DNA from: Amoebophrya sp. A120
Taxonomy: Eukaryota; Protista; Dinoflagellata
NCBI GenBank assembly: GCA_905178155.1
Contig: CAJINV010000008.1
Location: forward strand, 3,621,420 to 3,685,419
Reading direction: 5' to 3'
DNA length: 64,000 nucleotides
Of the stretch, positions 26,301 to 37,600 are shown piece after piece. Position 1 is the first letter of the stretch. Every line of letters begins with the position of its first letter. Below the pieces are notes generated by a model. The model was given only the letters and a program-made list of their open reading frames with translations, ran no database searches and had not been told where the DNA came from. Position numbers and translations under genes: made by a program.

Positions 26301-27609
26301 AGTAGACTTGCGATGTTTATTTACACGGCATGAATATCATGGATACAACTGACAAATTTTTTATCGGCCGGCATTGCCATCTAAGTAGAGTTGAATGTTG
26401 ACATTGACAACGAAATCTCTTCCAGAACGAGCACGACGGAAGAAGTTTAACAATGAAATCTCTCCCATTTTTCATCCCGCACCACAGATCTTCTTGTCCT
26501 CGAGATTTGTCGCATGACAGACACGACAGATTTTCGATGCATAGCGGAACACCGGGGACAACAACCGAAACGCGAAACGGAAGAAGAAGAAAAACTTCTC
26601 GATGAATTACGTCCACGAAGTTGTGCGGAAGGGAAAAAAGTGTCCAGTCTACTTTTGCGGGAGCTACGAACCTATCGAAAGGAAAAATCCCCCCTCCCCA
26701 TATCAAAACGGAATTTCTAATGCTGGATTTGTGTACACAAATCAGGTTTGTATTGCAGAGAGGCATTGCGGCCAGATCCCCAGGCTAGGTAGAGGCGTAG
26801 GGGTCTAGTTGTTCAGCATGGCAAACGGCTCAGCTTTAGTCCCAGCAGCATGACAAATCGCTTCCATAATGGGGTGGAAGCTTCTGCCCTTGTCTTCTTG
26901 CAAGACAGAGGTGATTTGTGACCTCAAATCAGCAACACAAATTTTCGGCAACATACCTTTTCGATATGGGGAGGGGGGATTTTTCCTTTTGATAGAACCG
27001 AAGGTGTGGCAACTGCCGGCCGAACTGCTGCGCGGGGCGCAGTTTGGGGATCTTTTCCCGGATATGCACTTTGCAAATAGTACGTTTTGGTCTGGGAAGG
27101 TGATGCTATATTTTGGACGAAGAGGAAGATCGGTCTTGCATGAAAAGCACAACAGAGAGCCGTTTTTTTTCGGGATTTCTCATGCAGGGCAAGAACTAGA
27201 TTCAGATCCAGATCCAGAATTCATGTAAATCAAGATTCTATAATGAAAATGTTGCATGCTAGACCTTCTTCTGGATCATCCACCAAGTGGATAACAAGAG
27301 CCTGCAAGCATTGTTCCAGACGCAGACACATTTGCACTGGATACCGGAGTACGTTGCGAAGCGGTGGAGACTATCCACTACAAAAGAATTGTCCTCGTAG
27401 TAATTGCAGACATGCAGCGTAATAAATAAGTCTTCTTTATTCGTCCAACTCCAAGGTAGAACTATAGCTGCATGACAAATCCAATTGTTCACGCTGGGAA
27501 TTTTTTGTATATGCAGTTTATACGAGCACAATGCTTTTGCACCGCATAGAGAAGGCGAGCGCTTTCGTCCGGGACGATCGAGCATGAAGTAGAGGAGAAA
27601 TCACGCTGA
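17392..27609 (+). CDS. ~1970-aa putative secretory-pathway glycosyltransferase with a GT31 (C1GalT/Fringe-like) domain broken by long insertions; 17 exons
   Basis: Removing 16 introners (4305 nt) gives 5913 nt in one open frame. Hydrophobic N-terminus. C1GalT-like motifs appear in order: VACFSLIT..ETVAPHCDEFLFF, FLQKW, DWYCFLESDVYFIPENFKRY..YDP..LFLG, GSCLSRRA, HD..VQACLFDIGV..DSLGR, PICFH. The start codon is uncertain (17392 or 17428). Confidence 0.75.
17875..18185. mobile_element. Introner, family A; DR TGCTG/TGCTG
   Basis: TATGC..TGTCTGGGCCTGGA...TCCAAACCCAGACA..AATA. Joins QML|CLQ. Confidence 0.85.
18326..18591. mobile_element. Introner, family A (inverted relative to 24876 and 48681); DR TCCAT/TCCAC
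   Basis: TATGCATTGCAAACATGTCTGGGTCTG...CAGACCCAGACATATTTGCACTGCATA. Joins VIH|CFA. Confidence 0.9.
18664..18948. mobile_element. Introner, degenerate (family A-like); DR CAGTT/CAGCC
   Basis: TACGCATG...GCATTCGATA with internal TTTGTCATGC. Joins ESS|LVSS. Confidence 0.7.
19154..19303. mobile_element. Introner, family B; DR AGTTG/AGTTG
   Basis: TATGCACTGCAAAAGTAT...ATACGTTTGCACAGGATG, 150 bp. Joins LEL|KTY. Confidence 0.85.
19472..19771. mobile_element. Introner, family A; DR CTGGA/CTGGA
   Basis: TATCAACTGCAAATGTTTCTGAGTCTGGAAG...CCAGACACGTTGCAATGCATA. Joins YW|SWFEK. Confidence 0.85.
19791..19997. mobile_element. Introner, family E; DR AGAAG/AGAAG
   Basis: TATCCCACGAAAAAAGTGTTACAGTTACACATT...AATGTGTAACTGCAACACTTTTTTCTCACGATA. 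Confidence 0.9.
20070..20288. mobile_element. Introner, family D; DR GTTGT/GTTGT
   Basis: TATGAGAGTGCACAACTCC...GGAGTTTTGCACTCTTATA. Joins GL|YETQ. Confidence 0.9.
20405..20622. mobile_element. Introner, family A; DR TCCCA/TCCCA
   Basis: TATCGGATGCACAAATGTTTGGTTCTGGAAA...TTTCCAGACCCAGACATCTTTGCATTAGATA. Joins VIP|KHP. Confidence 0.9.
20822..21225. mobile_element. Introner, family C (inverted relative to 12650); DR ACCCG/ATGCG
   Basis: Perfect 20-bp TIR TATCCTGTGTAAAAACGTCC. Joins AD(P/A)|YGTFW into ORF 21261. Confidence 0.9.
22405..22627. mobile_element. Introner, family E (degenerate); DR CGAGT/CAAGT
   Basis: TAATGCGAGAAAAAAG...CTTTTTTTCTTGGATA. Contains an in-frame stop. Confidence 0.7.
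23245..23500. mobile_element. Decayed introner coinciding with a canonical GT-AG intron (23244-23504); DR AAAGG/CAAGG
   Basis: TATCCAAT...ATTGCATA ends and a residual TTGCTCGTTGTACTAG / CTAGTGCAAGAGCAA inverted match. Confidence 0.7.
24876..25154. mobile_element. Introner, family A; DR AGGCC/AGGCC (a GC-AG register exists, 24873-25156)
   Basis: TIR core TGTCTGGGTCTGGAAGA. Colinear with 48681-48942 over its full length. Confidence 0.95.
26217..26543. mobile_element. Introner; DR GCGGA/GCGGA
   Basis: TATGCACCGCAAAT...ATTTTCGATGCATA. Joins IVR|NTGD. Confidence 0.85.
26673..26994. mobile_element. Introner, family F; DR GAACC/GAACC
   Basis: 32-bp TIR TATCrAAAGGAAAAATCCCCCCTCCCCATATC with 1 mismatch. 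Confidence 0.95.
27063..27343. mobile_element. Introner, family A; DR CCGGA/CCGGA
   Basis: TATGCACTTTGCAAAT..GGTCTGG...CCAGACGCAGACACATTTGCACTGGATA. Joins FPE|YVAK. Confidence 0.85.
27372..27548. mobile_element. Introner, family B-like; DR GAGAC/GAGAA
   Basis: TATCCACTACAAAAGAATTGTCCTCGT...ACGAGCACAATGCTTTTGCACCGCATA. Confidence 0.85.
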
Positions 27610-28740
27610 TCATGAGTCGTGCTAGAGCAAGTTCGACGACGATCTTGCTACTAAAATGCCGCGATAAAATTTGTAGCAAGTTGTAGTAAGTCCGTGTTTC
27701 TTTAGTATAGCAAAAGGCCCCAAAAGACCGTGGCCCTGAGCTCGTGTTAGTAGGTCATTTCGCTGTCTTTTATTTAAGGAGGTCGGGATCACGCTTTTGG
27801 ACCGAGTTGCTGTACTACCTGACTATGCAATCGATCCTGTGACCGCGCATGCAAGCTCACGTAAGTGTCCAAATATAGCGTATTCGTGTGACCACAGTGA
27901 CGAGCAATTCTTGCGAGCACAAAACGACTGCCACTTCATGCTTTTTCCCAGCAGCTGAGTTCAATGTTCTCATTCGTATCGATTTTGATTTTCGCTGCAC
28001 ACCGCGGAGGTCTCCGTTTTCGTCCCATCGTTACAAGTGCTGGCGAGCTATCGTAGATGGATTGTCTTTCCCCCCCATCAGGCACGTTGTGCTCGATCCA
28101 TAGTAAGTACACTCTGATGTTGTACATGTACTTCGGGTGTCGACACCTGTTGCGTCGGTTCGTACACATAAATTGCAGTAGTTGGTTTCTCAGAAGAATC
28201 TTCGTGCACCATCCAGCGTTCGGTATCGGTTTACCTAGCACTGTAGGAATCCCACACGTATCTGCAGCTATAGGTACTTGTAGTAGCCTCATCGATCAGA
28301 TTGACTTTTTGTTGTGTCGTACAAATTACTGCGTCCTCTTTTCGCTTCGTCACCGCATCGTCCACTCTTCCTCATCGTACATGACAAAGTGCACGCGTCC
28401 TTCGTTGATGGTTGCCGCACTAAAACAAAACCCATGTTCGCACGACTACGTGCGTCGGTCACTGGTTAAGTTTGCGTTCGCTTCGTCACACTGCTTGACT
28501 CCACAGGAAATCGAAATTGATGTATTAATGTCCAGTTTTCCCCTCCCCCGAGTAGTTTAATTACCCGTGTGAAAAAAATCGTTTTAAAGTATCCATTTTG
28601 ATTTTACCGCACTCATTCCTTTCTTAATCTTATCCACAGCTGGTGTAAAAAGTCGGCGTTCATCCTGCTACTTCTGGCACTGGTGAAGATATTGAAATTT
28701 ACACTCCTCTACGGCGCTTTATTTCATCGAAAGAGAGAGG

Positions 28741-31700
28741 ATGTTGTTTTCTGTCATCACCGGACGACAGCGTGGGTCCTCCCAGAGGCAAGGCAGAGAG
28801 GAAGGGCTGTATAATCTTCCGAAGGAACAGAACACTGGTTCCTCATCGACAAGAAGCTCTTTCTCCTCAAAAGCCGACAGTCATCTTCCAGTGCGGCCCG
28901 CCCGGCCATCACAAGAACTTCGGCAAGAGCCGGCTTCTGTGGAAGCGGATGACGAAACTACACTATCGAATGACACAAAAAATAATCCACCTAAGGCCGC
29001 TTCGTACCTCTCGCAGACGGTAAACAAATCTCTGCTGTTTCACTACTACGGCGAGGATCTGGACATGGAAGCAATGATGGGCATGATTGACACCGCGACG
29101 AAGCCTACCGCGGCAGAAAATAGCCGTCCCAGTCGCGCCTCGAACCGGGCCAGCGCGCCGCCCCGGCCCCCGTCCGGCGCGGCAGCGCTTCAAAGACAAG
29201 GCTCGACGGCGAGCAACGCCGACAGCCGGCCGATGGGGAGTAACGCGGAGCAGGTCCGGAAGTCTCTGTCCCAGAGTCTGCGCGGCTCGATGGCGATGGT
29301 GGACCACACGAAGATGAAATCGAGCAACATGGGCAGTGGAGTTTCCGTGGTGCAAGCGAACGTGCCGGACCCGGAAACCGCGGGCGCGGAGAGCAACGAA
29401 AGTCAGCAAAGTAACGAGGAAGAGGAAAACAAGCCAAAGTCGTTATCGCAGCTGATGAACCGCATCAGCAAGCATAACTCCCAATCCCTAATAGCGGCCC
29501 AACGCGATGAGGACAGCGACGCGTCCAAGGCCAGCGGCGTGGTGCCTTTGCCGCAGTACGTGCCCACGGACCGGACCGGGCGGAGCATCAACCGGGTTAG
29601 CATGTCCCCCTCGGGGACGCGCCGGGCCTCCCAGCGGACCTCGGACCGCACGTCCGCGCGCGCAACGGTGAACACGAGCTCCCCGCCCCCGCCGGGCGGT
29701 GCTGCTGGGGGTCAGCAGGAACAAGAAAAGCCGCGGGCGCCGAGCACGCGCCCGGTGCAGAAGTCCATCGTGAACATGGGCACCATTCCCGGGTACCGGG
29801 CCAGTGGCCTCGACCGGGTCACCGTGAACGAAAACGTGGCGCGGCAGGTGACACAGCCCTCCGTGCGCGAGCCCTTCAAGTTCGGGGAGCAGAACATTGT
29901 GGTCAGCTCCGGCTTGGTGGGCGAAATGATGAAGCTGCCGGAAAACCGAAAAATCACCACCCCGATGGCGGACCAGCAGCCCAGCACGAACCCGAACCGC
30001 GGAAGCAGTGGCGCTTCGGGCGCGGGCCGGAATACCTTGTCCATCAACAAGCAAAACCGGTTGCTGATGGCCCACTCGACGCTCTCCTCCGAGGCCGCGC
30101 AGAAGAAGGCACAGTATTTGAGCGACCAGTTCGAGTTCAAGAAGCCGTTTCTGGGCGCGGGCCGGGAAAACCGGACGGATTTCTTCAAGACCCGGGCGGA
30201 CCTGTACGAGACAGGGCTGCAGATTGTGCTGGACAAGAAGTTGTTCGAGCCCGCGATCTCTCTCCGGGCGGAGGCCCAGATGGACGCCGTGGACTCCGGG
30301 ATGCGGGCCTTCAAAATGCTGCACGACGCCTACAAGATCCGGGCCTTCGCCGCGTGGAAGGACGAGACGTTTCTGCGCCGGCTGTACTACCTCCGCCCTC
30401 TGGCCATGCGGGAGGAAAACGAGTGCCGCCGCAGCTTGTTGCGGCTGGCGTTCACCGCGTGGCTGATCATGTACGACGTGATGGAGTTATCCGAGTGAGT
30501 GCACCACTTGTTCGATCCCCCTCGGTGGTCTCATTTGTTCTCATGCAAAATCGCAATGCCAGTCGTACTAGTTCTTCCCTTGTGTCGTGGTCACAACTTT
30601 TAATTATGCATGAAGAATTCAGGATCCGGAAGTTCAGTGCCTCAAGAACTTTTGTTCTTTGCATGCACAGGGTCGTCAACTTGAAGAATAAGAAATCGTG
30701 CGCGTGGCGTTTGTATTGGTGTTCACACCTTTCCCTTTTAAAAACAAATGAAGGGGACCACGAGGGGGAGTTGTGCACTCTGATAGGGGAAGCAGGAGCG
30801 GAAAGAGAAGAAAAACTACGATGACTACCGGCTGTCGGAAAAGCTGGCGCCAGCGGACTACATCCCGTCGTTCGAGGAAACAGAGTATGCCTTGCAAATA
30901 TCGACCTGGGTCTTGATTTCTGATGCGAAAGCTAAAGGACCTGAAGACTTGTGATGCATGACCTTAGGAGCGACCACCTACACCTAGTGCTAGTATCTTT
31001 TCTTTTGTGCTGCTGGAAGATGAGGCTTTGCTATGCAAAACATAGTACAACTTAGAATAGAACAAACTCGCAATAACTAAACAGCCGAAGAATTCGGGAC
31101 GCGTTCTTCTTTCATGTTGCCTTACTTGCAAAACATATGCTCTATCTCTGTCACGCTATAATACTTCTGAGCATGATGTGCGCGACGAGAAGTCGCGCGG
31201 TTTTATCCAGCAGAGCCAGATCGATATTTCTAATGCATACAGGGGAGATGGAGTTCCACGAGGGCAACCGCATCATCCGTCCCCAGGACGACACGGGCCG
31301 GCTCGACGTCCACCGGGCGAGCCAGAGGTCGACGACCGCGACCCGAGCGACCGCCGCGATGCTCGACGGTGCGGCGGGCGGGCCCAGAGTCCTGCAGCGC
31401 GCGGACACGGACCACCATGAGTTCATCGCGCCCTACGAACAACGGGCGCCCAGCGCGAATTTGGGGCGGAAGTCGCAGATGACCGGGGTGGAGATCGACC
31501 CCGACGACCCGGCCGTGCTGGGGAGAAAGTCCGGCACGCAGGTGGACATCTCCCCCGACGCCGAGCCCGTGCTGGGCCGCAAGTCGCAGCGCACCATGGT
31601 CGACATTGTCCCCGAGGAGAAGGACCCGCACCTCGCGAGGAAAACCAAAAACACGATGGTGGACATCGGCCCCGACGCCCCGGACGAGAAGACGCTGGGG

Positions 31701-32803
31701 CGGAAATCGAAGCGGACGATGGTGGATATCAGCCCCGACGGCTTTCTCCGGATGGACGGCGAGAAGCCGCGCGACAGTGCGAAAGGTGCAACGGACAAGA
31801 ACCTACCCGCGTATTTGATGAAACCGAAGCGCAACCTGGACGCGGGGTGGATGCGCAAGCAGGGCTCGCACGAGGAAGAGGGGGTATTTGTCAGCATGCC
31901 ACGGGGACCGGGGGGACCTGCAAACAACGACCCACGATTCTTCATGCAACAGTACTGATGTTTCATTGGAAGTAGATAAAAGTACTAGTTTTGCTTTCGC
32001 TTTATTTGAATACAGCTCACTGATAATTTATGCTTCATCCAAAAATCTTGAAAGAATCGATGAATAGCAACAAGTCTTTACATCCTAGCTGATTTTACCA
32101 TGCGCAATAGATAAAAATAGAAATACGGTTACGGTTTCGGATCATGCTGCATGTGAAAAAAACGGAAAGAACATCAAGCAAGATATTAGTTACCCTCCTG
32201 CACTTGTTCCATCTTAACTTTGACAGGCAAAAGCCGACAAAAATCGTGACGCACCGGGGCGTGGATGTAGTGGCGGACCACGACCACATCAAGCCAGCCG
32301 ACACCTATGTCCGGCGGTCCGTGGACCACCGGCCCCAGGCGATCCTGAACCATATGGAGCGGTCGAAGCGCATCTACAGTGGGAAGGGCCGTATTGACGT
32401 GGCGCACGGGCAGGCCGGGCCCGATAGCAGGCCGGAATCGGGCATGGTGGACACGCGGAAGCAGCTGGACGAGCTTGGTAATATGATGGCGGACATGGCC
32501 CTAGGCGGCGAGGGGGAGGAGACACCAAAACTCACGGCGGGTACGGATAACCTCCCCTCGGGGGGGAGCACAGGAGCTCCGATGTTGAGTAGTTTTCCGC
32601 CACCAGGAGCCGCCGCGGAGGGGGCACAGATTATGACCATGGCCGCTCCGGAGGGCGAAGCAGCCGACGAGGCGATGGAAATGGGAGACGAGGAAGAGGA
32701 AAAGCAGGCTAATATCGACACGCATGTGTCATCTGTGCGCGCAATGGTCAAGGCCAGCTTTCGCCGGTTTACCAGCAGCGGAAGGCTGGCGATGCGGGGA
32801 TAG
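28741..32803 (+). CDS. Hypothetical protein (~1041 aa, 4 exons) with two AFxxW motifs and five LGRKS-x-MVDI-x-PD repeats
   Basis: ORFs 28741, 31137 and 32144 plus a short exon ~30787-30885. They are joined across two introners and the GT-AG intron 31952-32226; spliced length 3126 nt. Start codon uncertain. Confidence 0.7.
30488..30785. mobile_element. Introner, family D; DR degenerate GGAGT/GGGGA
   Basis: TATCCGAGTGAGTGCACCACT...AGTTGTGCACTCTGATA. Confidence 0.7.
30886..31239. mobile_element. Introner, family A (degenerate); DR CAGAG/CAGGG
   Basis: TATGCCTTGCAAATATCGACCTGG...CCAGATCGATATTTCTAATGCATA. Confidence 0.8.
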
Positions 32804-33050
32804 AAGAAAACCCGGAGAGCTATCAAAAATGCTAGACTCGTTTTTTTTCTTTTTTGAACTCATTTTTTTTCGTATTTTTTTGTTAATTCTAATTGCGACA
32901 GCGAGTTTTTGACTAAATAACGCAAACTTGTGACCACAAAACCCTTCACGAGGAATTCATTGGTGGCACCACACTCTACAGTATATTTTTCTACTTCCAA
33001 GTTCATGTTTTACTTTATGCATATATACAAGTTCAAGTTCGTGCATCATG

Positions 33051-33110
33051 TTGAGACCCGTAAATTTTATTCAATCATCATATTGAGAGCCGTAAATTTT
33101 ATTCAATCAT
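33051..33110. repeat. Two-copy ~32-bp tandem repeat (TTGAGA..CGTAAATTTTATTCAATCAT) in the 3' flank
   Basis: Read directly. Confidence 0.8.
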
Positions 33111-33992
33111 ACACGCATCGTGCATCCCAAAAGTAAGTTTAAGTTTAACGTTAAGCATTGTCCGTTTTCGCCCTCGTCGTTTTTATTTCTCATGATCAAA
33201 ATCTATTAAATCAAATCAGTAGCCGACGAGTCCCCGGCTGCAATCAATTTTGCAGGGGATTGGTCCGTGCAAGTTCTACCCAGACCCCCCTCTCTACATA
33301 TTTTCACAAATAAAACTCTCTTCCACAAGCGATAATGCCTCGCCTGTGAAACTGACTGTGCAATAATCTGTAACTGTATCCACCCAGCTTCAGTCCATTC
33401 CCCCATCTATGACTATAAGGACAAAGTCGTTACAAATTTAGTTCAGACGGATCATATGAAGGCGCCGTGAGCATAGGTGAAGTTCGTTGTATCTATACCT
33501 GTATAGAGAGTTGTGAAGGAGCTCCACAAAGCGCAAAACACTTCCGCATGCTATTGCAGCAATGGCAATCCTATTGTTCCTTGCTCTGCTAACTCATGTC
33601 GTCGGACGAAGCAGATGCGTAACGCAACTTTTTGCTGGGAGAATGAGACTAGCGAACATTTGTTGGTCGGGTATCCCCCACAAGTCAGAAAATCCCCTCA
33701 ACAAGATCTACGTGTTTCTGATTCTGTGTCTGTCCAATCGAAGCAGGCGAGCCGTCATGGCTGCTTCATATCAGCCTCTTTTATCTGAGCCGAGGAATGT
33801 TGATTTGTCGTGTGTTCCGATGAAAAAGTGAATACCACCGTGCTACGTGGCTACGCTGAAAAATAGCGCTTTTTGGGCAACAAGCTTAAGCATAACATCG
33901 GCATCGCGAAGCATTCTGATTTGGTTCGAAGATGAGAACTCAAAAAGGCCTGGACTTACTATTTTGTAGTTCGGAATTCTTGTTTCCGTTTC

Positions 33993-34012
33993 GTGTGTGT
34001 GTGTGTGTGTGT
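33993..34012. repeat. (GT)10 microsatellite
   Basis: Read directly. Confidence 0.95.
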
Positions 34013-34615
34013 GGAGTCTGAGTTTTATTGTCTCCGTGGAGAAGGCCCCCACGCCCAGCGACGCCGAAGATCAACCTCTCTCAAGCTCGTGCGCAAATGG
34101 TTGCAAATCATAAATCAATATCAAAAACTAAAACTAGAATGTCAATTTCTGTCAATTGTGACGAATAGACAGTTGTCTAGTAGTGCGCACGAACCTCTCG
34201 TTTTTTTCTCGCCAAACGATCTACTGACATAACTCTTATTTGCAAGTCAAACAAGCGACATCTTTTACTTTTTCTTTGTCGAAATTTGTACTTTTGAGCT
34301 GGGACGACGAGACCACACTTCTTTCTTTGTCCGTTAGATTTTTCGTTCTTGTTACCTCGACCCCGGACCCCCAACGAGGCACGAAAGCGACCAGAACACG
34401 CGTGGAAGTAAATTCAGCTCGTCCTGACGACCACCCGCGGTTGCTGGCAGAGGTTGTGTCAAAGCCATCTGGTCATCTGTCAACTTCGATTTCAACATCT
34501 AAGCAGAAGGTCAAACATAACAAGAAAGTCGTACAGGAATCCGCTACAGGTACGAAACAGGCGAAAGATAAGGAGCAGCAAAAACTTGTTTCATCACAAA
34601 ACGAGGACCTCCACC

Positions 34616-37600
34616 ATGAGCGCTGCTTCTGCGAGTGCAGCAAAGAAGGACCAGGAGCTCCTCGCCTCGGAAGCTGGAGGTGGGAACAAGAACACGACGT
34701 CAAAAGCGCAAAGCAAGCAACTTGCAGCTTTTGTTCCGCGTGGTGCAGGGGGAAAAAATGCTGGCAAGTCCAAGGGAGCTGCCTCGTCCATCGCGGCTTC
34801 TCTGGTTGCGAAAGCTGTCAAAAAGCAGCCCTCGTCGAAGAAGAATAGCCGAGATGCCAGTGCCTCGAAGATGAAGATGAAGAAGATGAGTGGCGCTGCT
34901 GCTGTACCTGGTGCAGCAGCTGTCAGTATGGTGGACCACGAAACGTTGCACGTCGACAGCACCTCCCAAGACGCTGGCGTTTTGTTGAGGAGCGGTTCTT
35001 TGTATCGCGGAGGACCACGACCACCACAAATGAAGAATTCTTCGAGGGCTAGCACAGCAGGCGGAACAATTGCAAATGTTTCCGCACCAGGGGCAGGGTC
35101 TGCCCTGAGTTCTTGTCTGCCAAAAAAGAACTACGTGGGTCCCGGTCGGGAAATAAAGGCTCAAGCTAGTGCAGCAGCGTCTTCTTCTAGAAACAAGCGG
35201 CGCAGTTCGCTGAATAAAGAAACAAGTGCTCCTTTTGGGAGTGCTTTCAGCCTGCTGCCCGGGGCGAAGAAAGGGAAGAACGAGCAACAAGTGGGGATCC
35301 TGAATGGCAAAAATAAAAGCGCGTCGCTACCACTAGGCTGCAAGCAAAGTATTCGCGGGACAGCTGCACGAGATTCATTTTGCGATTGGAACAGTAGAGG
35401 GAAGGACGTGAAAAAGGCCACCAGGGGCGAAGATCGAAATCAAGCAGGTCAAAAAAAAGCGTCGTCCACCACGAGCATCAAAACTACTTCGGAGCAGGAT
35501 CTTCGTACGAAGCAGGAGAAGGAACAAGATTGTTCCCCGTCGCTTTTGCAACAAATCATCCACGAGGAAGAGGACGAGGACGAAATTTTCAACAATCTGA
35601 AGAAAAAGAAGGTGAAAAAGTCGACGTCTGCTCTTGACATTGGAACCTCGTCCCCTTCGGCCTTGTCTACTTCTTGGGCGGAAAGTCAAAGTAAAACGGA
35701 TAACAAAAAGGCAACCACAGGTGACACGCTGTTGACTTCGATGGCTATTAAAATAAAGGGATCACGACCGAAACCGAATCCGAAGTCCACCAGTCTGGGG
35801 GAAAGTACAACGAGCAGGCTGAAGTTGAAGTCCGAAAGAACTAGTGGTACACGACGAGGAGGACCCGAAAACGAACTGAATCGCCTTTCCACAGCGGAAC
35901 AAGTGGACGAGGACCAAGCTCTCATGGAGGATTTTGCGGGTGCTTTTTTTCCGCCGGATAAAAGTTGCAGCTCTGCTGCTGCTCCTTCTTCGTCGGGTCG
36001 TAGCTCGTTTTTAGCAAAGAATACCACGACGTCCACCAGCAGCACTTCGAAAGGTGAACCGGCTTTATTGAAGGGCGCGACCGATAAAACAAACACGACG
36101 GATGTAGTTCACCTTGTTAGTCGTCCTGCTAGCAACAAAACTAAACTGCCGATCATGTCGACAATTTCCTGCTCGAGCTCATCGCACCTGTTGACTGGCG
36201 CCAACAAGGATTCTGCTAGGGTGGGGCCACGTGGTGCTCTTGCTGGCAGCAAGTGTTCTGCTGGTGCTTCGGCTCTCGACGTCCCGGGTGGATCTGAAGA
36301 TTCGATTTTCTCGCGACTCCCGGGCTTTGCAGCCACTTTCGGTTTTGAAGCGCGCAAGACGAACAGTCTCAATGTGAAATCCATTTTGACAACGTCACAC
36401 AACAAAGTTGGCTCGGCCGACGGCGCGGGTGGAACTACGCAGAAGCTGCAGCCGCCTTTGACTAAGAAGAAAGTCAGCTTCAATATCACCCCCAAGCATG
36501 GCGACCAGATTGATGACGATGATGATGATGACGATGTCGATGATGATGTTGGTCATAACACACTGGCGGAGATGAAGAGCAGCAAAAAGAGCCAGATTCT
36601 CACTCTGTTGGCGAAGAAACGCGAAGAGAAGAATATGCCAACCAAGGGCATTAGCTTCTCTACTTCTACGACCGCCAGTGGCGCTTGCTCGAGCAACTGG
36701 AAAAATGCCTCTAATAATAAAAGATCAGATCACGACCGCCAGAGCAAGCTCGTGTTTGGTCCAGCTGGAGAATTCTCGGAGCCTGTTGGAACAACCAGCC
36801 AAGACAAGGAGACACCGCTGCCACCATTCGTCCCTCTGCCAACATCTTTTGTTTCGAAGCAAATACTACACAAGAACCATAAATCGCTTGCTCTTGTGCT
36901 GACCAAGAACAGCAAAGCTGCAAAAGCCACGACGTCGTCGTTACTCACGTCCACCTCGAAAACTGCTGCCAGCACTGCTTCTAGCAAAGCTCAGCAAGAA
37001 CTGCGTAGACAGCGAAGAACTGTACCCCCGCACAGAAATTCCAATTTGTAGCAGGAAGGATCAATTACAATTATTCAATGGACGATGGTGATGATACGAA
37101 AACACCATCGGGTCCGCACTCAATGGAATTTAGAAGCTGCACTAAATTAGGCGGAGCGAATTCTAATTTTTGTTTTTCATCGGTTTGATGTGTATCGGTC
37201 CTCGAACATGAAGATTCGGGACTGAAGCTAGGTTGCAAGTTGCGCATGATCGGAGCAGGGTTCTAAAGAAAATAAATAGGAGTCAGCAACATTGACATCG
37301 TGACAACTGGGGGGCGGGGGTATGATTGCATTGCATATTGCACTTGCTACGCACCGGATTGTCTAGCTCGAGCGACGAAGAGGATGACTACGACATGGGG
37401 AACCCGATTATGACATGGAAAAGTGGTAACCACGTCAACGGAAAAATTTGTGATGCAGCAGTGCATGAGACTGAATTAGAATTAGGCACGCGTTTGTATT
37501 GAGTGCAATACATACTTGTATCATGCGCGATGGCACTCAATTCCGCAAAATCCAAAGAAATCGTTAACGTTAACACTTTTTTGTTTGATGCCGACAATCA

